A stretch of 63,524 nucleotides of DNA, filler included, from Octopus bimaculoides (lineage: Eukaryota): NCBI RefSeq assembly GCF_001194135.2. It is 5 parts of 4 records of this genome, joined end to end, with 100 filler letters (N's around TTAATTAATTAA, not from the genome) between each part and the next. Parts side by side here need not be neighbours in the genome. Positions count along the whole stretch, not along the records: positions 25,799 to 51,576 come from NC_068983.1; 4 more parts are not named here. The stretch is one strand, 5' to 3'. Below are positions 33,338-47,193 of the stretch, one piece after another. Each line of letters opens with the position of its first letter. Within the stretch, counting starts at the first letter, position 1. Made by a program: the position numbers and the translations under genes. The notes beneath the pieces were generated by a model. That model was not told the DNA's origin. It did no database searches and was given only the letters and a program-made list of their open reading frames with translations.

Positions 33338-35499
33338 TACATTTTCAGATGCAAACAAAAATACACACACACACACGCAGAAATTCAAATACACATCTAT
33401 GCTTACGCTCATACGCATAAAAGGGTACAAAAATATTTTTACTAGGAAATGGTTGACAGGTGCATCGAAGCGTCGGCTATGCTGTCCTCATCGGACTGTC
33501 CGAATAAGCCTAAGTAGCTGAAACTTCGAAGTAGATGTCAACATTTTACTGGTAAAAAAGTATGTTACTGTACTGGAAAGAATTGAGCGATCTTTGAATT
33601 TAATATTTGACTGTTTTTATATATGATTATATATAAAAACAAATATTAATAACATATATGTGTGCGTGCATAAAAACATAGCTGCACAGTCACGCATATA
33701 TGTGTATTTTAGACATGTACATTAACTAATCTACTTAAAGTTTGTAATTATTTAATTCGTTTAAATATAAAATGTAATGCTTCTTAGTACTTTGTAGCAA
33801 AAAAATGTTTGAATGTCTGCGAATAAAATTGGTGTGAATCTAATATTACTACTATAATAATAAGAAAAAATGGCAATAAAAGCAAATAAGCATATTATTT
33901 TAATATTATTAATTTAATTAAACTTATGACTGTTTCGAGAAGAAAACCTGCCCTAAAGTTTGTAAAGTATGAAGGATGTTGCTAAAAATGTTCTTGGTAT
34001 GGAATGTTTATGCTGATTAATTTATTCTAAGACATTTCCTGTTTCAATATCGGCAGACAACTTTATTTTTGTTTGTTTTAGATATTGAATATTATATCTT
34101 GTACTCCTATTCTCAAATTCCACGTACTTTCCTCGCTGACTTATAAATCCTTGTCTTTCGTTGTATATCTAAGTTAAAAATTCACTATGGCATCCCATTC
34201 TATTATTAGGTTATATTATTCAGGATAGTTTTCAATTCATTTAAATGCTTTTTCGCAGATTTATTTATTTCAATAAAAGTAAAAGAAATATTTATTGTGT
34301 ATCCAATATATTTAACTGATTTCAGCAATAACTACTTAACTTTATTAGAGACCATTCCTAGATGGGATAATGATAATGAGATAATGTGCTATGTTTATGT
34401 GTGTGTATAAATACAAAGAGGTGTGGTTTAATGCGAACGTGGGTGTATGTGTATGTTGTCAGTATCCTGTCATCGTTAAATCAGATCTGTCTAGGTGCAA
34501 GAAAAGGTTATGCGTGCCGCATTATACGTGCGTGACTTCAGAGTCTCAATTGTGAGGAACGAAGTATATCCCGTTTCTTCTTTCGTTTTATGCACCAGTA
34601 TAAAATTCACACAAAGGTTTCTTAGTAGAAGGAATGAAATACAGAAAAAGAAACCCAGACAACAAATGAATAGAAAGAAAAAAAAAAAATGAGGAAGAAA
34701 GAAAAAGAAACGCTTCTTCTAAAGTTGTCAGAATTCATTTGGATCTTCGCTTGAGTGCTTATTCACAAATGTCTCACTGTCGAGATGTTGTATAAAAGGG
34801 CCCCCATACGTAGCTGGAGTGAAAGCTTAACTAAAAAAGAACAATAGGTCGGCTAGCTATACGTCAGATTATTGTTATATTAACACTCTGATAATAAACG
34901 AATGCTCACTTTCTCTTTGTTCGTATAGTTTCATTGACAATGATTCTCCAGGCAAATGCCGCACAGCTCAATATAGTGAATCTTCTTCTCTTATGATTGG
35001 TAGACCCTCCAACAGGTAGATTAGCTTGCACACAAGCACATAAACATACTAGACATATAAATTGTCGCTATAATTAGCAAAAAGTAACACTTGGGAGGGT
35101 AGTAAATTGTAAAAACGAGACAATTTGACCTAAAGTTTTATCCATAAAAATACATTGCAGGAAGTGGGTTGGGTTTTCCAGTCTCATTTCCTCATTCTTT
35201 TTCAATGTCATATTCTCCTCTTTCTTTTTCATACTCTTTTTCTTCTTTATCTAACTTTATTTTAAGTTGTGTTATATATCTCTGAAATGTCAGGACATGA
35301 CAATGTAAATATTTTAAATAGCGGTTATTTTATTTAATGATTTCAATTGTGTACACGAACGAATTATTGCTCTGATATGATGAAGATAAAGAAGATAGTG
35401 ATGCTGTAATGAATAAAAAAAGAAAAGAAAAGAGAAAGACTAAATTTTACTCCGAGTTCATCGTCTATTATTCAAGAGAATGGAGATAACTTACCGAAT

Positions 35500-36739
35500 G
35501 ATTATCTGCTCGAGTGAATTAAGAGAAATTTAGAAGCTTCTCGGTTGAGGTTTAGAAGTCGAAGCCTATTTACAAGATTACTTCCATAAATAAAGAATTG
35601 CCAGAAATAACTAAGTTTGAGGGAATATATAAGTTATATTGAGGTCGGCGTATCAGTACGAGTTCTATTGTTACTTTTCTATCTCTGAGAAAAAATTAAC
35701 AGCTATTTTCGTGTGAATATCACTTTAGGAGAATGATAGAAAGAGAGGATGTTATTGATGTATTAAGGTAATTAGAAGTGATTGTATATGTAGCGCATAT
35801 ATTATGGTAGTTGGAGCTTGATTCATCAACAAACTGCTTTCGTCGCATATCCAAGAGGTCTTTGAGTATTTTCATTCATTGGATAGGTATCCTTGGGTAT
35901 AGTCTGTATCCAGCAAGTGATGATGTGAAGGTCGTTGCTTTTGTCTTCTTATAATTTACTTTGGAGGGAGAGATGGCATTAACAAGCAGCGTTAGCATTC
36001 CATAATAGAATTATTTGTAGAACGGAATTCATTCTTTATTTTGGACGAATAGTTTTTGCGAGAGTTTTAAGTGTGTTTCTATAGTTTTCCCACTTGGAAT
36101 ATTTTTCAGTGTTTACTGTGTATATTGTGGAGATGTTCAGCAATGAGTATAGGAAAGTGTACTGCTGTTAGAGTTTAGAAATATTGTGCTTTTTGTTTGT
36201 TTCTCAGATGTTGGCGAGAGCAATGATTTCTTTAATCTTTTAAAAGTCTGTGATTACGTCAGGCCCTGAAGCAATGACAATTTAAGACTTCTCTGTTGCT
36301 TTTCTGGAATCTGATTGAAAGAAGGGACACGGATTTGTGTATGTTGAAGGTACATATCTTGTGCTTTGTGTTTCTGTCATCTTCGTGTGTTTTTCATGAT
36401 TAATTTTCAATGCTTTTGAGTGGGGCGTTTGTATGCTGTTGGACTTTGGGTTTGTTATAACGAAGTTATTATAGTGACATACGACAAGGTGTGGCTGTTG
36501 TTAGAGCTGTTGATGTTGCTAATTACTTTGCTTTCTGCTTTATTTTACCAGTTTTTTCGTTGTTCTTTTTTTCCTTGTTTAGTTTCTTGAATTGGATTTT
36601 GTCTCCATTATGTGTAATGTGGAGTTTGTGGTTGAGCTTGTCTTTTTTTTTTATCAGATCTACTATTGCCATTGTATAATATAGGTCATGTTTATAATAC
36701 ATCGTGGGGCATGCTTTGAGAAGTTACATTATTTCCATT

Positions 36740-36781
<42 letters not shown>

Positions 36782-37850
36782 ACACACAGATATACACATA
36801 TATACATTTATGCATATATGAATGTATGTGTGTGTGCGCGTCTGCATGCATGCGTGTGTGTGTGTGTATGTGTGTGTGTATGTGTGTGTGTGTGTGTGTG
36901 CATATTGCACTACCTATATTGGTGATAATGTCATTATAGAATCTTGCGACTTTTGGTGAAGACAGTTCCGTCACTGGCTTTTGAACCTAGTGAAGATAAT
37001 TTAATTCCATTCAGTGACGTGTGAGTGTTTTATTGGGATATTGTTGAGAAAATGTTTTGCGGTTGTGGGAGGGATATTGTTTACTATGTTAACTAAGTGT
37101 GAGCAATAGAACATGTTTGGAGAGGAGTTATTCAAGTTAGAATACATGGCTGTGTTCATGTGGTTGTTTGGTGTATAGAAGGAGCTTGATTGTTTTATTA
37201 CATTATTTCTTGCTTTATATGTTTAAGAATTTGTTCTATGTATTAAAGACACCCTCTTAATATTGTTCGGGAGTACGGCAGTGAGCTGGGAGAATCGTTA
37301 GCACGCCGGACAAAATACTTAGCGGCATTTCGTCCGTCTTTACGTTCTGAGTTCAAATTCTGTGGAGGTTGACTTTGCCTTTCATTCCCTCGGGGTCGAT
37401 AAAATAAATATCAGTCGATCACTGGGTTCAATGTAATCGACTAAATCCTTCCCTCCAGCTTTCTGGCCCTAAGCCAAAATTTGAAACCGATGTTGTGTTC
37501 GAGAGTGAGTTAAATGTTGTGACAGAGATGAGTTGCCCTGTGGGACGTATGGTGAGGTTGGTGGTGTGTAATTATATCACATCAATGTGTTTCGTGTTAC
37601 TGTTTATCTTATTTTGAGTGTCTGCGTTTCTACGGTATTGTCTTTCCTTATTAGTTTTCGATAGTTGTCTTTGTCCTGGATGCATAATTACATGCTTGTT
37701 AAGAGGCCACCTCTACGTTTGGGATGTCGTGCCTGAGTGGGGTATAATTAAAGTTATAAGAAGCTCTGAGTCTTGTGTTTACAACACAGACCAAGCTCGG
37801 AACGTTTACACGGTTGTTAATCATACATTACCACCTAAATAAAGGAGAGT
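35500..37850 (-). mobile_element. Possible highly decayed Penelope-like element, interrupted by microsatellite and SINE
   Basis: Strong TG-rich plus-strand skew and faint RT-like remnants (IVIASGPDV); no clean catalytic motif recovered. Confidence 0.3.
37280..37490 (+). mobile_element. SINE family A
   Basis: gagctgggagaatcgttagcacgccgga...gttctgagttcaaattc...tcggggtcgataaa. Confidence 0.9.
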
Positions 37851-39039
37851 CATTTTGCAGAGTACAATCCCAGATATCTTGTATTTAAAAAACAAGCAAA
37901 AAAAAATCGAGATAGATAAGATGATAGGACAGAATAAAAGTTGGGATGGTCAAGGCTGGAACACTTGTCAAAAGAACTTGCAACCCAGCAATTGTGAAGA
38001 AAAAACAAAACAAAACAAAATATATGGTAGTAATATTTACTTCAACCTAATTAAAGCTTTGGTTGAAATTATTTCGCGAATAAAAAAAACCCGTTTTCCA
38101 TATACAAAATTTATTATGGAAAAAAATTAGGAATAAGAGAATATGAATCCTGAAAGTCAGAACCAGTATTAGAATAAATGACCGAATGTTAAATTTTATG
38201 TGAAACATAGAAATCCAAACAAAACGCTCATTAATCACGTCTTCTGATAATTATATTCATAAGGTACTCTCGAAAACATTGTGAAACCCTCTATGGTAAA
38301 TGAAAAGCTGATATTAGATGAAAGAACAATTATATATTAGATAAATAAGAGTTAATGCCCTTAGAGAATCTAGAAATCATGACAATGGAAAAGATACTTA
38401 TGAAGAAAGAAATACAGGGAAAATGGTTTGAAATGTGATGTATTTTTAGATTGAAAACTATTTGTTATAACATCACATTTACAATTCACAATTTTATATA
38501 TGAGACAGAAATTATTTACTGATTTCTAAAATTAATTCATACCCATTATCGTTACGTGAACTTTTGATGGTGTAATGTGTATGTCATAGAGTTCTTAAGT
38601 TTAATTCTGCTGTATTACCTTGCCGTTAAATAATATCGAAAAAAAAAAAAAAAGAAAATGAAAGTGAGATGAAAGTTTCAGTATTTCAATTTTTGTTATC
38701 TGTGATATGATACATATACAACTAATTGTAATGTAGATATGATGCAATTCATAGCTTTTGAATTACCAGAATACGAATTTTAGGTTAATCGCATTCACAA
38801 GAAGGAACGTGTTTGGATTATTGACTGTCACCTATTCTGAAAATCGTTACTCATAATCATTTCAGTTCAAAGAAAGAAAAGGGTCCTCTGCTTTTGTGTG
38901 GTTTGCACGATGGACCCGCCAGGGAATAGTGGAATAGTAAAAATCCAATTATCCTATTAACGTAAACATGTAACTAACTTCGTTGTTTCAAAAACACAGC
39001 TTTAACACATTGACCACATATATAATCCTTTGATTCATT

Positions 39040-40830
39040 TGTTAATCATCATCATCTCAGATATTTTCGACCCACAGACGCCATCCATTTCGGTCCTGAA
39101 TTACTTGAGAAAGGTCTTCAGGGAGGTATCCAGTGTCACTGGTGAGTTGGTCTACGTATGTTGTGTTCGGATGACTTGCTCGAGTAAGGCCCTGGTTTGG
39201 CACCCATAGCTGCAGGTCACTTGCAAGCTCTTATTTAGCTCACCAGCAATGTCCCGCAAAGTGCAAGCATTTCCCCCTTTTAATGTTGGAAACAGGCAGA
39301 AGACCTCCATGCAGCTGTTTCTAGGCGGGATGAATTCTTCAAGATATGTTTAAGATTGTTCTTAACATTCGGGTGTAAGTTCCATCAAGCTTGGATTCCA
39401 GAGTTTTGGTAAGCGTCCAGGCTGTTGCTCCATATAAAAGGACTGACTCTATCGTTGCACAGAAAAAATCCTTAAGGTTGTCTGATAGCATTGATTTACA
39501 GACAACATCCAATTTGTTTAAGGCCGTCCATGCTTTGGCTATCCAAGTTTTTTTTCACATCCTTTCCAGTTGAGACTTAAACTTGACTGATAGTGTTTCC
39601 ACAGATGCTGGTGATGGATCCTTGTCGATTGTGAGCAAACCAACATCATGTGTTGCTGATTCTAGTCTCTGAAGTAATTGAGTTGAGTTTGATATTGTCA
39701 GAAAGCAAGGCTAAATCATCAGCATAGCCTACATCAGCTATTTTTTGAGGTGGTTATCCGATCGATCTTTACGCATGTGTGAAACTGAGGTTGTTTATAT
39801 TGTCAATTGATGTTCTCAGGATATAATCCAGAGTGGTCACGAAGCGAAATGGTGCCAGTGTGTCCTCATGGAGAACTCTGGCTTTGATATCAAAGAAACT
39901 TGTGTCTGTCTCTGGAACCTTACCATAGATTTGGTGTTATTATAGAGCATCGTAATTGCTGCTGTTGTTTCTTCAGGGGTACCATAGGCCAGTCATATTT
40001 TTTCCATTTTACCACGGTGGAGAGAGTCAAAAGCTTTGAGAAATGAACAACCAGTAATACTGCTTCTAGATTTCTGGCTTTTACTCTTTCAAGTAGACGA
40101 CGAACTGTTAAGTATCTGCTCGGCAGTTCTAATTTTTCTGCATTTTGATTTCTTCTCAAAACTTTCTCAATTCATGTTGAGTAGGTGTGAATTACAAATT
40201 TTTGCAGCAATGGCTCTAAGAGTGATGCTTCTGTAGTCTTTGTGAGAACCAAGTCGCCTTTCTTTGGAAATGGGAGTATGCATCCTTCTGTCCATTTTTC
40301 GATGTTAATTACATTGTAGACTGTTTTGTTGATGCCTCAGAGAATATCACTGAATTCTCCTGTTTTGCAGATCAACTGGAATGTTATCAAGTCCAGCAGC
40401 CTTTTGGCCTTTGGTGTTTTTAAGGACTTCTTTCAGTTCGTCAATGGTGAAATCGCCAGTTATGACATCAAGGGTGTGGCGAATAATTGATGTTACATAT
40501 GTATCAATTACTGAGGGCAAATTTCGAAAATGATCTCTCCACTTTTCTAAGCGTTCATGCGGATATTTAGCTTTAATTTCTGACTTGTTGGTGTTTTTGC
40601 GACCGTTTGTTTCGTTTACTCTCTGCCAAGCTAGTGATGTCTGCTTGTTTGCAGCAGTTTGTTTAATTTGATTGATTTTACTTTGGATGTAGCTTTATTG
40701 TTTAGATTTATATAAGTCTACCAGTTCCCCTTGTAGCTTTCTGAAATTAGCTTCATTTGAGGGCTTTAGATGTATAATTTTAACTTGAGCCGCTCCTTCG
40801 AGGTGTTTTGGTTAATATCATGTCAAAGTT
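39040..40830 (-). mobile_element. Decayed RTE-clade LINE (RT domain to 3-prime end)
   Basis: Minus-strand DVGYADDLALLSD (~39710-39745), FFDIKARVLHEDTLAPFRF (GVLQGDTLAP-like) and the C-terminal TYVDQLTSDTG...QDRNGW. Confidence 0.85.
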
Positions 40831-41707
40831 GAGTGAATATTGGGTCAAATATATCTTTCCAGCATTGGGACGTCATCGAATGCACCTTTACTTTTTCGAA
40901 TTGTTTTCGATAATATTAACAAAATTAGTGCTTTCGATATTTATATTTATATTTATATTTCTCTTCGATGCATAACTGTATAAGATTGTTAAAGAAAGAA
41001 CATTTATTATTTCTCGAAAGTTTGCTTTTAAGTCGCACAAACAAATATTTCGCTGCATCATGTAAAACCTACTTAATATACCGAATGACTATAAAATTTC
41101 AGTTTGATAATTAATATATTAATAGTTTGTTATTTTAAACGTGTTTCTAATCTAAATCAAATGCTATCATTGATAGCGATCTATCCAAACTTGTATATTC
41201 AACACATGCAACGAAGAACACACACACACACCCGCCACATCCAAATAGACAGCAGTTGCACAACGTGCAAACTGTAAATTTTCACTCATTGAAAATGTAG
41301 TGTTTACTGATATTTTATATACAAAACTTCTGTTTTTAGTGTAAACAGTTGTTTGAAAGATGGATATCGGATATTTTTTTTTTGAAATTTAGCACGAACG
41401 GAAGCTGTGAGAAAGGCCGTCGTATGTATATAAATATAAACAGACACATATGCATACGCACATGTACAAATACACATGCACAGACACATACAACGAGACT
41501 CACAAAGATTCTGTCTAAAAAATTCCACATTCGAAGCATTGTTTAGTTAGGAATTACAACTGAAAACTCTTGCACGAGATGCTGGCCGGTGGGATCAAAC
41601 TAGGAACCACTTAGTTACTAAGTGTTCTTTTTAACTATATGGCTATGTCTATGCCTACACAAACCCACTTGCGAGCATACTTATGTACATACGTGTATAG
41701 ATACAAA

Positions 41708-41781
<74 letters not shown>

Positions 41782-42507
41782 NNNNNNNNNNNNNNNNNNN
41801 NNNNNNNNNNNNNNNNNNNNNNNNNNNNNNNNNNNNNNNNNNNNNNNNNNNNNNNNNNNNNNNNNNNNNNNNNNNNNNNNNNNNNNNNNNNNNNNNNNNN
41901 NNNNNNNNNNNNNNNNNNNNNNNNNNNNNNNNNNNNNNNNNNNNNNNNNNNNNNNNNNNNNNNNNNNNNNNNNNNNNNNNNNNNNNNNNNNNNNNNNNNN
42001 NNNNNNNNNNNNNNNNNNNNNNNNNNNNNNNNNNNNNNNNNNNNNNNNNNNNNNNNNNNNNNNNNNNNNNNNNNNNNNNNNNNNNNNNNNNNNNNNNNNN
42101 NNNNNNNNNNNNNNNNNNNNNNNNNNNNNNNNNNNNNNNNNNNNNNNNNNNNNNNNNNNNNNNNNNNNNNNNNNNNNNNNNNNNNNNNNNNNNNNNNNNN
42201 NNNNNNNNNNNNNNNNNNNNNNNNNNNNNNNNNNNNNNNNNNNNNNNNNNNNNNNNNNNNNNNNNNNNNNNNNNNNNNNNNNNNNNNNNNNNNNNNNNNN
42301 NNNNNNNNNNNNNNNNNNNNNNNNNNNNNNNNNNNNNNNNNNNNNNNNNNNNNNNNNNNNNNNNNNNNNNNNNNNNNNNNNNNNNNNNNNNNNNNNNNNN
42401 NNNNNNNNNNNNNNNNNNNNNNNNNNNNNNNNNNNNNNNNNNNNNNNNNNNNNNNNNNNNNNNNNNNNNNNNNNNNNNNNNNNNNNNNNNNNNNNNNNNN
42501 NNNNNNN

Positions 42508-42544
<37 letters not shown>

Positions 42545-43148
42545 GCGCACACACACGCACACACAGATACACACACAGTCACATGCACACTCACACAGCT
42601 GCACTCATTACCACAGATTGTATTGGACGTCATTTAATAAAATGCTTCAATCTCCAGTAGTTAATTTAATGTGGCCATTTAGTGTACGATGGTGGCGGTG
42701 GTGGTGGTGCTGTTGCCGCTTTTACTGTAGCTATTGCTCTCACCGCTCTTTCCCTGCTTCCATTGCAGATGGAAGACGGTAGATGCTACCTCAGTTAGGT
42801 CACTATCAGTTGCTACTGAAGAGACGGACATGACATGTGCGTGTAAGATGCAAAAGAAGAAAGAAAAAAGACAAAATCAACTAAGAATATAAAGAAAAAA
42901 AACAAAAAACAAGGGAGAAGAGCAGGCAAGTGGAAAATGTAAGAACAGTGAATAAAGAAGTAGCATAGAAGAAGAGTGGAATCCTATTAATACGTGAATT
43001 TCGGTTGATGTCTATCAGTAATTGACTACAGATGGGATACAACATACACGCAGGGAAACGCTTTCAGATGTATACATAATCACAATAGTATTTGGAGATA
43101 GATGTATGTTTAAGAATGATCGTGGAATAACCCAAACAATTTTTGCTG

Positions 43149-43425
43149 TAAAGTATTCTTGTGATAGGGGGATATGCAAATGTGCGCGCAAAACATAGAA
43201 AAGTGCTGTATGGAATAATCACAAATATAAACAATAATCTACAATTTGATCATTATTGTTATTATTATTATTATTGTTCAGTAGTTTTATTTTTAAACAA
43301 TAATAATAATAATAACAATAATGATCAAATTGTAGATTATTGTTTATATTTGTGATTATTCCATACAGCATTTTTCTATGTTTTGCGCACACATTTGCAT
43401 ATCCCCCTATCACAAGAATACTTTA
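43149..43425. repeat. 277-bp palindrome (130-bp arms, 17-bp spacer)
   Basis: 43149-43278 is the reverse complement of 43296-43425 with 2 mismatches by eye; mirrored by near-identical track ORFs 43161-43355 (+) and 43219-43413 (-). Confidence 0.95.
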
Positions 43426-43572
<147 letters not shown>

Positions 43573-44039
43573 TTAGCGAGTCGGATAAAATGCGGAGCAG
43601 CATTTCTCCCGGCTGTTTGCGTACTGAGTTCAAATTCCGCAGACGTCGTCTTGGGCCTTTCAACCTGTCAAGCACTTGGTTGTTGCAATCGACTACCCTC
43701 TTTACCCCTCAAATTTCTGGAAAGGTACCAATGGTAGGAATTCTTCTTCTTCTTCTTCTTCTTCTTCTTCTTCTTCTCATCATCATCATGATCATCGTCA
43801 TCATCATTATTGTTACCATTATCATTAAGGTGGCGAGCTGGAAGAATCGTTAGCACGCCGGGCGAAATGCTTAGCGATATTTCGTCCGTCTTCATGTTCT
43901 GATTTCAAATTCCTCTGAGGTCGTCTTTGCCTTTCATCCTTTCGGGGTCGATAAAATAAGTACTAGTTAAATACTGGGGTCAATGTAATTAACTATCCCA
44001 CACTCCCAAATTTCAGACTTTGTGCCTATATTAGAAAGG

Positions 44040-44040
<1 letters not shown>
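43573..44040 (+). mobile_element. Two head-to-tail SINE family A copies (~43573-43740, ~43827-44040) separated by (TTC)n/(ATC)n
   Basis: Both carry the gagttcaaattcc/gatttcaaattcc box and the downstream family core. Confidence 0.8.
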
Positions 44041-44072
<32 letters not shown>

Positions 44073-44073
44073 G

Positions 44074-44363
44074 TTCAGTAGTTTTATTTTTATAACGTGC
44101 TTTCACTTCACTACCGAGCGCAGCTCTGTGCGCCTTGGGTATGTGCTGTGGTTTGCTGTGGTGCTCTTATGGTTACTGTATTGAAAGTATTTTGCGTAGG
44201 ATGTGTGCAGTACCCAGTAGTGCAATTTTCTGTATGTTATATATATTTGTAAGTCCTGGTATTTTTGTTATGTATTTGAATATTTTTTTAATTATACCTA
44301 AGGCACCTACTATGATATACCTAAGGCACCTACGATGATAATACCTAAGGCAACTACTATGAT
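44074..44363 (-). mobile_element. 5-prime-truncated R4/Dong-like LINE 3-prime end with 3-prime UTR, flanked by (TTA)n on both sides
   Basis: VGALGIIKKIFKYITKIPGLTNIYNIQKIALLGTAHILRKILSIQ*; (TTA)n at 44041-44073 and 44365-44460. Confidence 0.85.
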
Positions 44364-44389
44364 ACTTATTATTATTATTATTATTATTA

Positions 44390-44436
<47 letters not shown>

Positions 44437-44464
44437 GTTACCATTATTGTTACCATTATTATTA

Positions 44465-44917
44465 AAGCGGAAAACTGGCTGAAACGTTAGCACATCGGGC
44501 AAAATCCTTAGTGGCGCTTCGTCTGTCTTTATCTTCTCAGTTCAAATTCTGCCGAGGTCTACTTCGTCTTTCATTCTTGGGGATCGATAAAATAAGTACC
44601 AGTTGAGCACTGGGGTCAATGGAATCGTCTTATCACCTCTCCCGTAATAGCTGGCCCTATGCCATCATTTGAAACCATCATCATTATTATTATGAAAACA
44701 AAGGCGGCGAACTGATAGAATTATGAGAGCATCGGACAAAATGCTTTGCCGTATTTCTTCCAACTCTTTACATATTCAGTTCATATCCCGCCGGGGTCAA
44801 CTCTGACTTGAATCCCTTCAGAATTGATAAAAATAGAATACCAGTCAAATGCTGGGGTCAATAGTATCGAGAACTCCCTCCCCTCAAAACTATTGATCTG
44901 GTAACTAAATCAGAAAC
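44465..44917 (+). mobile_element. Two further head-to-tail SINE family A copies (~44465-44677, ~44701-44917)
   Basis: Family A head and core in both, separated by (ATC)/(ATT) repeats. Confidence 0.8.
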
Positions 44918-46187
44918 CAATATTTAAGAAAATATTTTGAGATAAATTTTGGAAATTAACTACGCCACTAAAATAGTTATTTTAATTTGTAACTCGATTT
45001 AATTGAATTAGTAATGTTGTATTTCTAACATTACTTGAAGTATACAACTGCCTGCTGAGTTGACTATGATATTAAGACATATAAGTGCGAACTGCAAGTT
45101 ATAGCAGCCAAATCTCACTGAAATCATGCACTACTGTCGTTAGGAGAGTAATTAGATAATGTAGTAATACTTGTTCTTTAAACTGAAAGGATAGCCACAA
45201 CTGAAATACTATTAAACGAAGGTTTACTTGATAATGGTCAAAATAGGCCTAAACAGCAAAACTACTTTCCTTCGCCTGTCCCCCTGTGTTTATGTATGTA
45301 TGTATGTATGTATGTATGTATTCTCTTTCTTTTTTTAAACTTTTGAGTAAATTTTGACCGGCTACCTACTTGGTGGCAATGTTGTGCAGGAAAGTATGTT
45401 GTTTTAACCATTATCCTATTAATCTTAAGGTCTTGCAGATTTTTACAGTCCCAGATACTGTGAACATTTGTGTATGTCTGTTTGTGTGGATGTTTGTATG
45501 TACATGTGTACGTGTATGTATGTTCCCTGTTTCACACTCAATCACAAACAAACACACACAAACACAAGACACAAGCATTTATTCTGTTTGAAAATTCTTA
45601 AAGTTACGTTCATATAATATAATATAGGAAAAGCAGTTACATACATTTTTTTCAGTAAAGTGGTAAATATTAAAAAAAAGTGGGTACGAATATAATATAA
45701 AAATATTATAAAATACTTGAATAGTTAAAACAAAAAATAAAAGGTAACCACAAAGGGGCAGAGCGAAAAATGAGTCAGAAAAAAACAAAAACAAAACAAG
45801 ATAAAATAGGGTATTTAAGAATTTATAGAAACGATGTTGAATGTAAGAAATCACTGTTAAGTTTATTACTTCAATGACCATTTGAATGAAGTAAGTGTTT
45901 ATTGTTTAGGCAGCTCTCTGATATATCAGATATTGAAAATGTCTGAAGATGTGACTGAGAGAAGTGGGGAAAAAGACCGAGACGTTAAAGGGGAAACATT
46001 TGCATATATATATATATATATATATATATANNNNNNNNNNNNNNNNNNNNNNNNNNNNNNNNNNNNNNNNNNNNNNNNNNNNNNNNNNNNNNNNNNNNNN
46101 NNNNNNNNNNNNNNNNNNNNNNNNNNNNNNNNNNNNNNNNNNNNNNNNNNNNNNNNNNNNNTATGTGTGTGTGTGTGTGTGTGTGTG

Positions 46188-46229
<42 letters not shown>

Positions 46230-47132
46230 ATATATATATAAAAGGGTAAAAGATTATCAATTTATTAATTAATAAATCAATTAATAATTAATAATTTTTA
46301 CCAAGCCCATCGGTATGAAAGTACCATTATTGGTGGAGAACTTATTCAAAAGTTCATATATTTATACTTATTCAAAAGTTCATATACACATATATATACA
46401 TAGAAAACAAATTTTTATCTACGTATGTTATGTAACTTATATGTTCTTATTTATGCACTTGCATGCACTGACTCACATCGCACGCGCAGGGGCACACACT
46501 CATCTACATAAACGATATGTTTGCAAAAATGTCAGATACACACGCAGTGTAACACACATAGATACACATTTACATAAAATATATGTATGCCTTGTGTATG
46601 CGCGCATGTATGCATGTATACATATATGTACATATAAAAGTTAATTAAAGCTTGGGTATACACCTGGTAGTATGCCAATTAAAGCACGTTCACTGTCTAT
46701 GGCTACCTGATGTCATCCACAATACTGATATAAATACCACTGGATCTATTTCAGGAATTCTTCAGTTTTGTTGAGTATTTAACAAATAAGTGAAGCAGAA
46801 AGCGGAATCGTTGTGATATTCCATTTTCTGTTTCTCTCTCTCACACACACATATATCATATACTATTATATTATATCGATACGTATACATCGAACCATAA
46901 CACAAATGCATAAGTATAACAGTGACATTTTGTTTTTTTAGGTTTTGTGCTTCAAATTTGGACTGTCCAGATTACCGGAATAAATTTGTTTTCTGTTACG
47001 AGTCCAAATGAGTCTTTTCTTTCAACACAAACGTCTATGAGAAGAATGATTAAATTTCTGCAGGACTGCTTGAGAAATCTACTTTCCAGAAATTCTACTG
47101 GTTTTCCAACTCCAACACACACACACACACAC

Positions 47133-47193
<61 letters not shown>

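Noticed and set aside
44294-44363. Short direct repeats suggesting a CRISPR-like array
   Set aside because: The units are contiguous with no unique spacers, there are no cas genes, and the context is eukaryotic.
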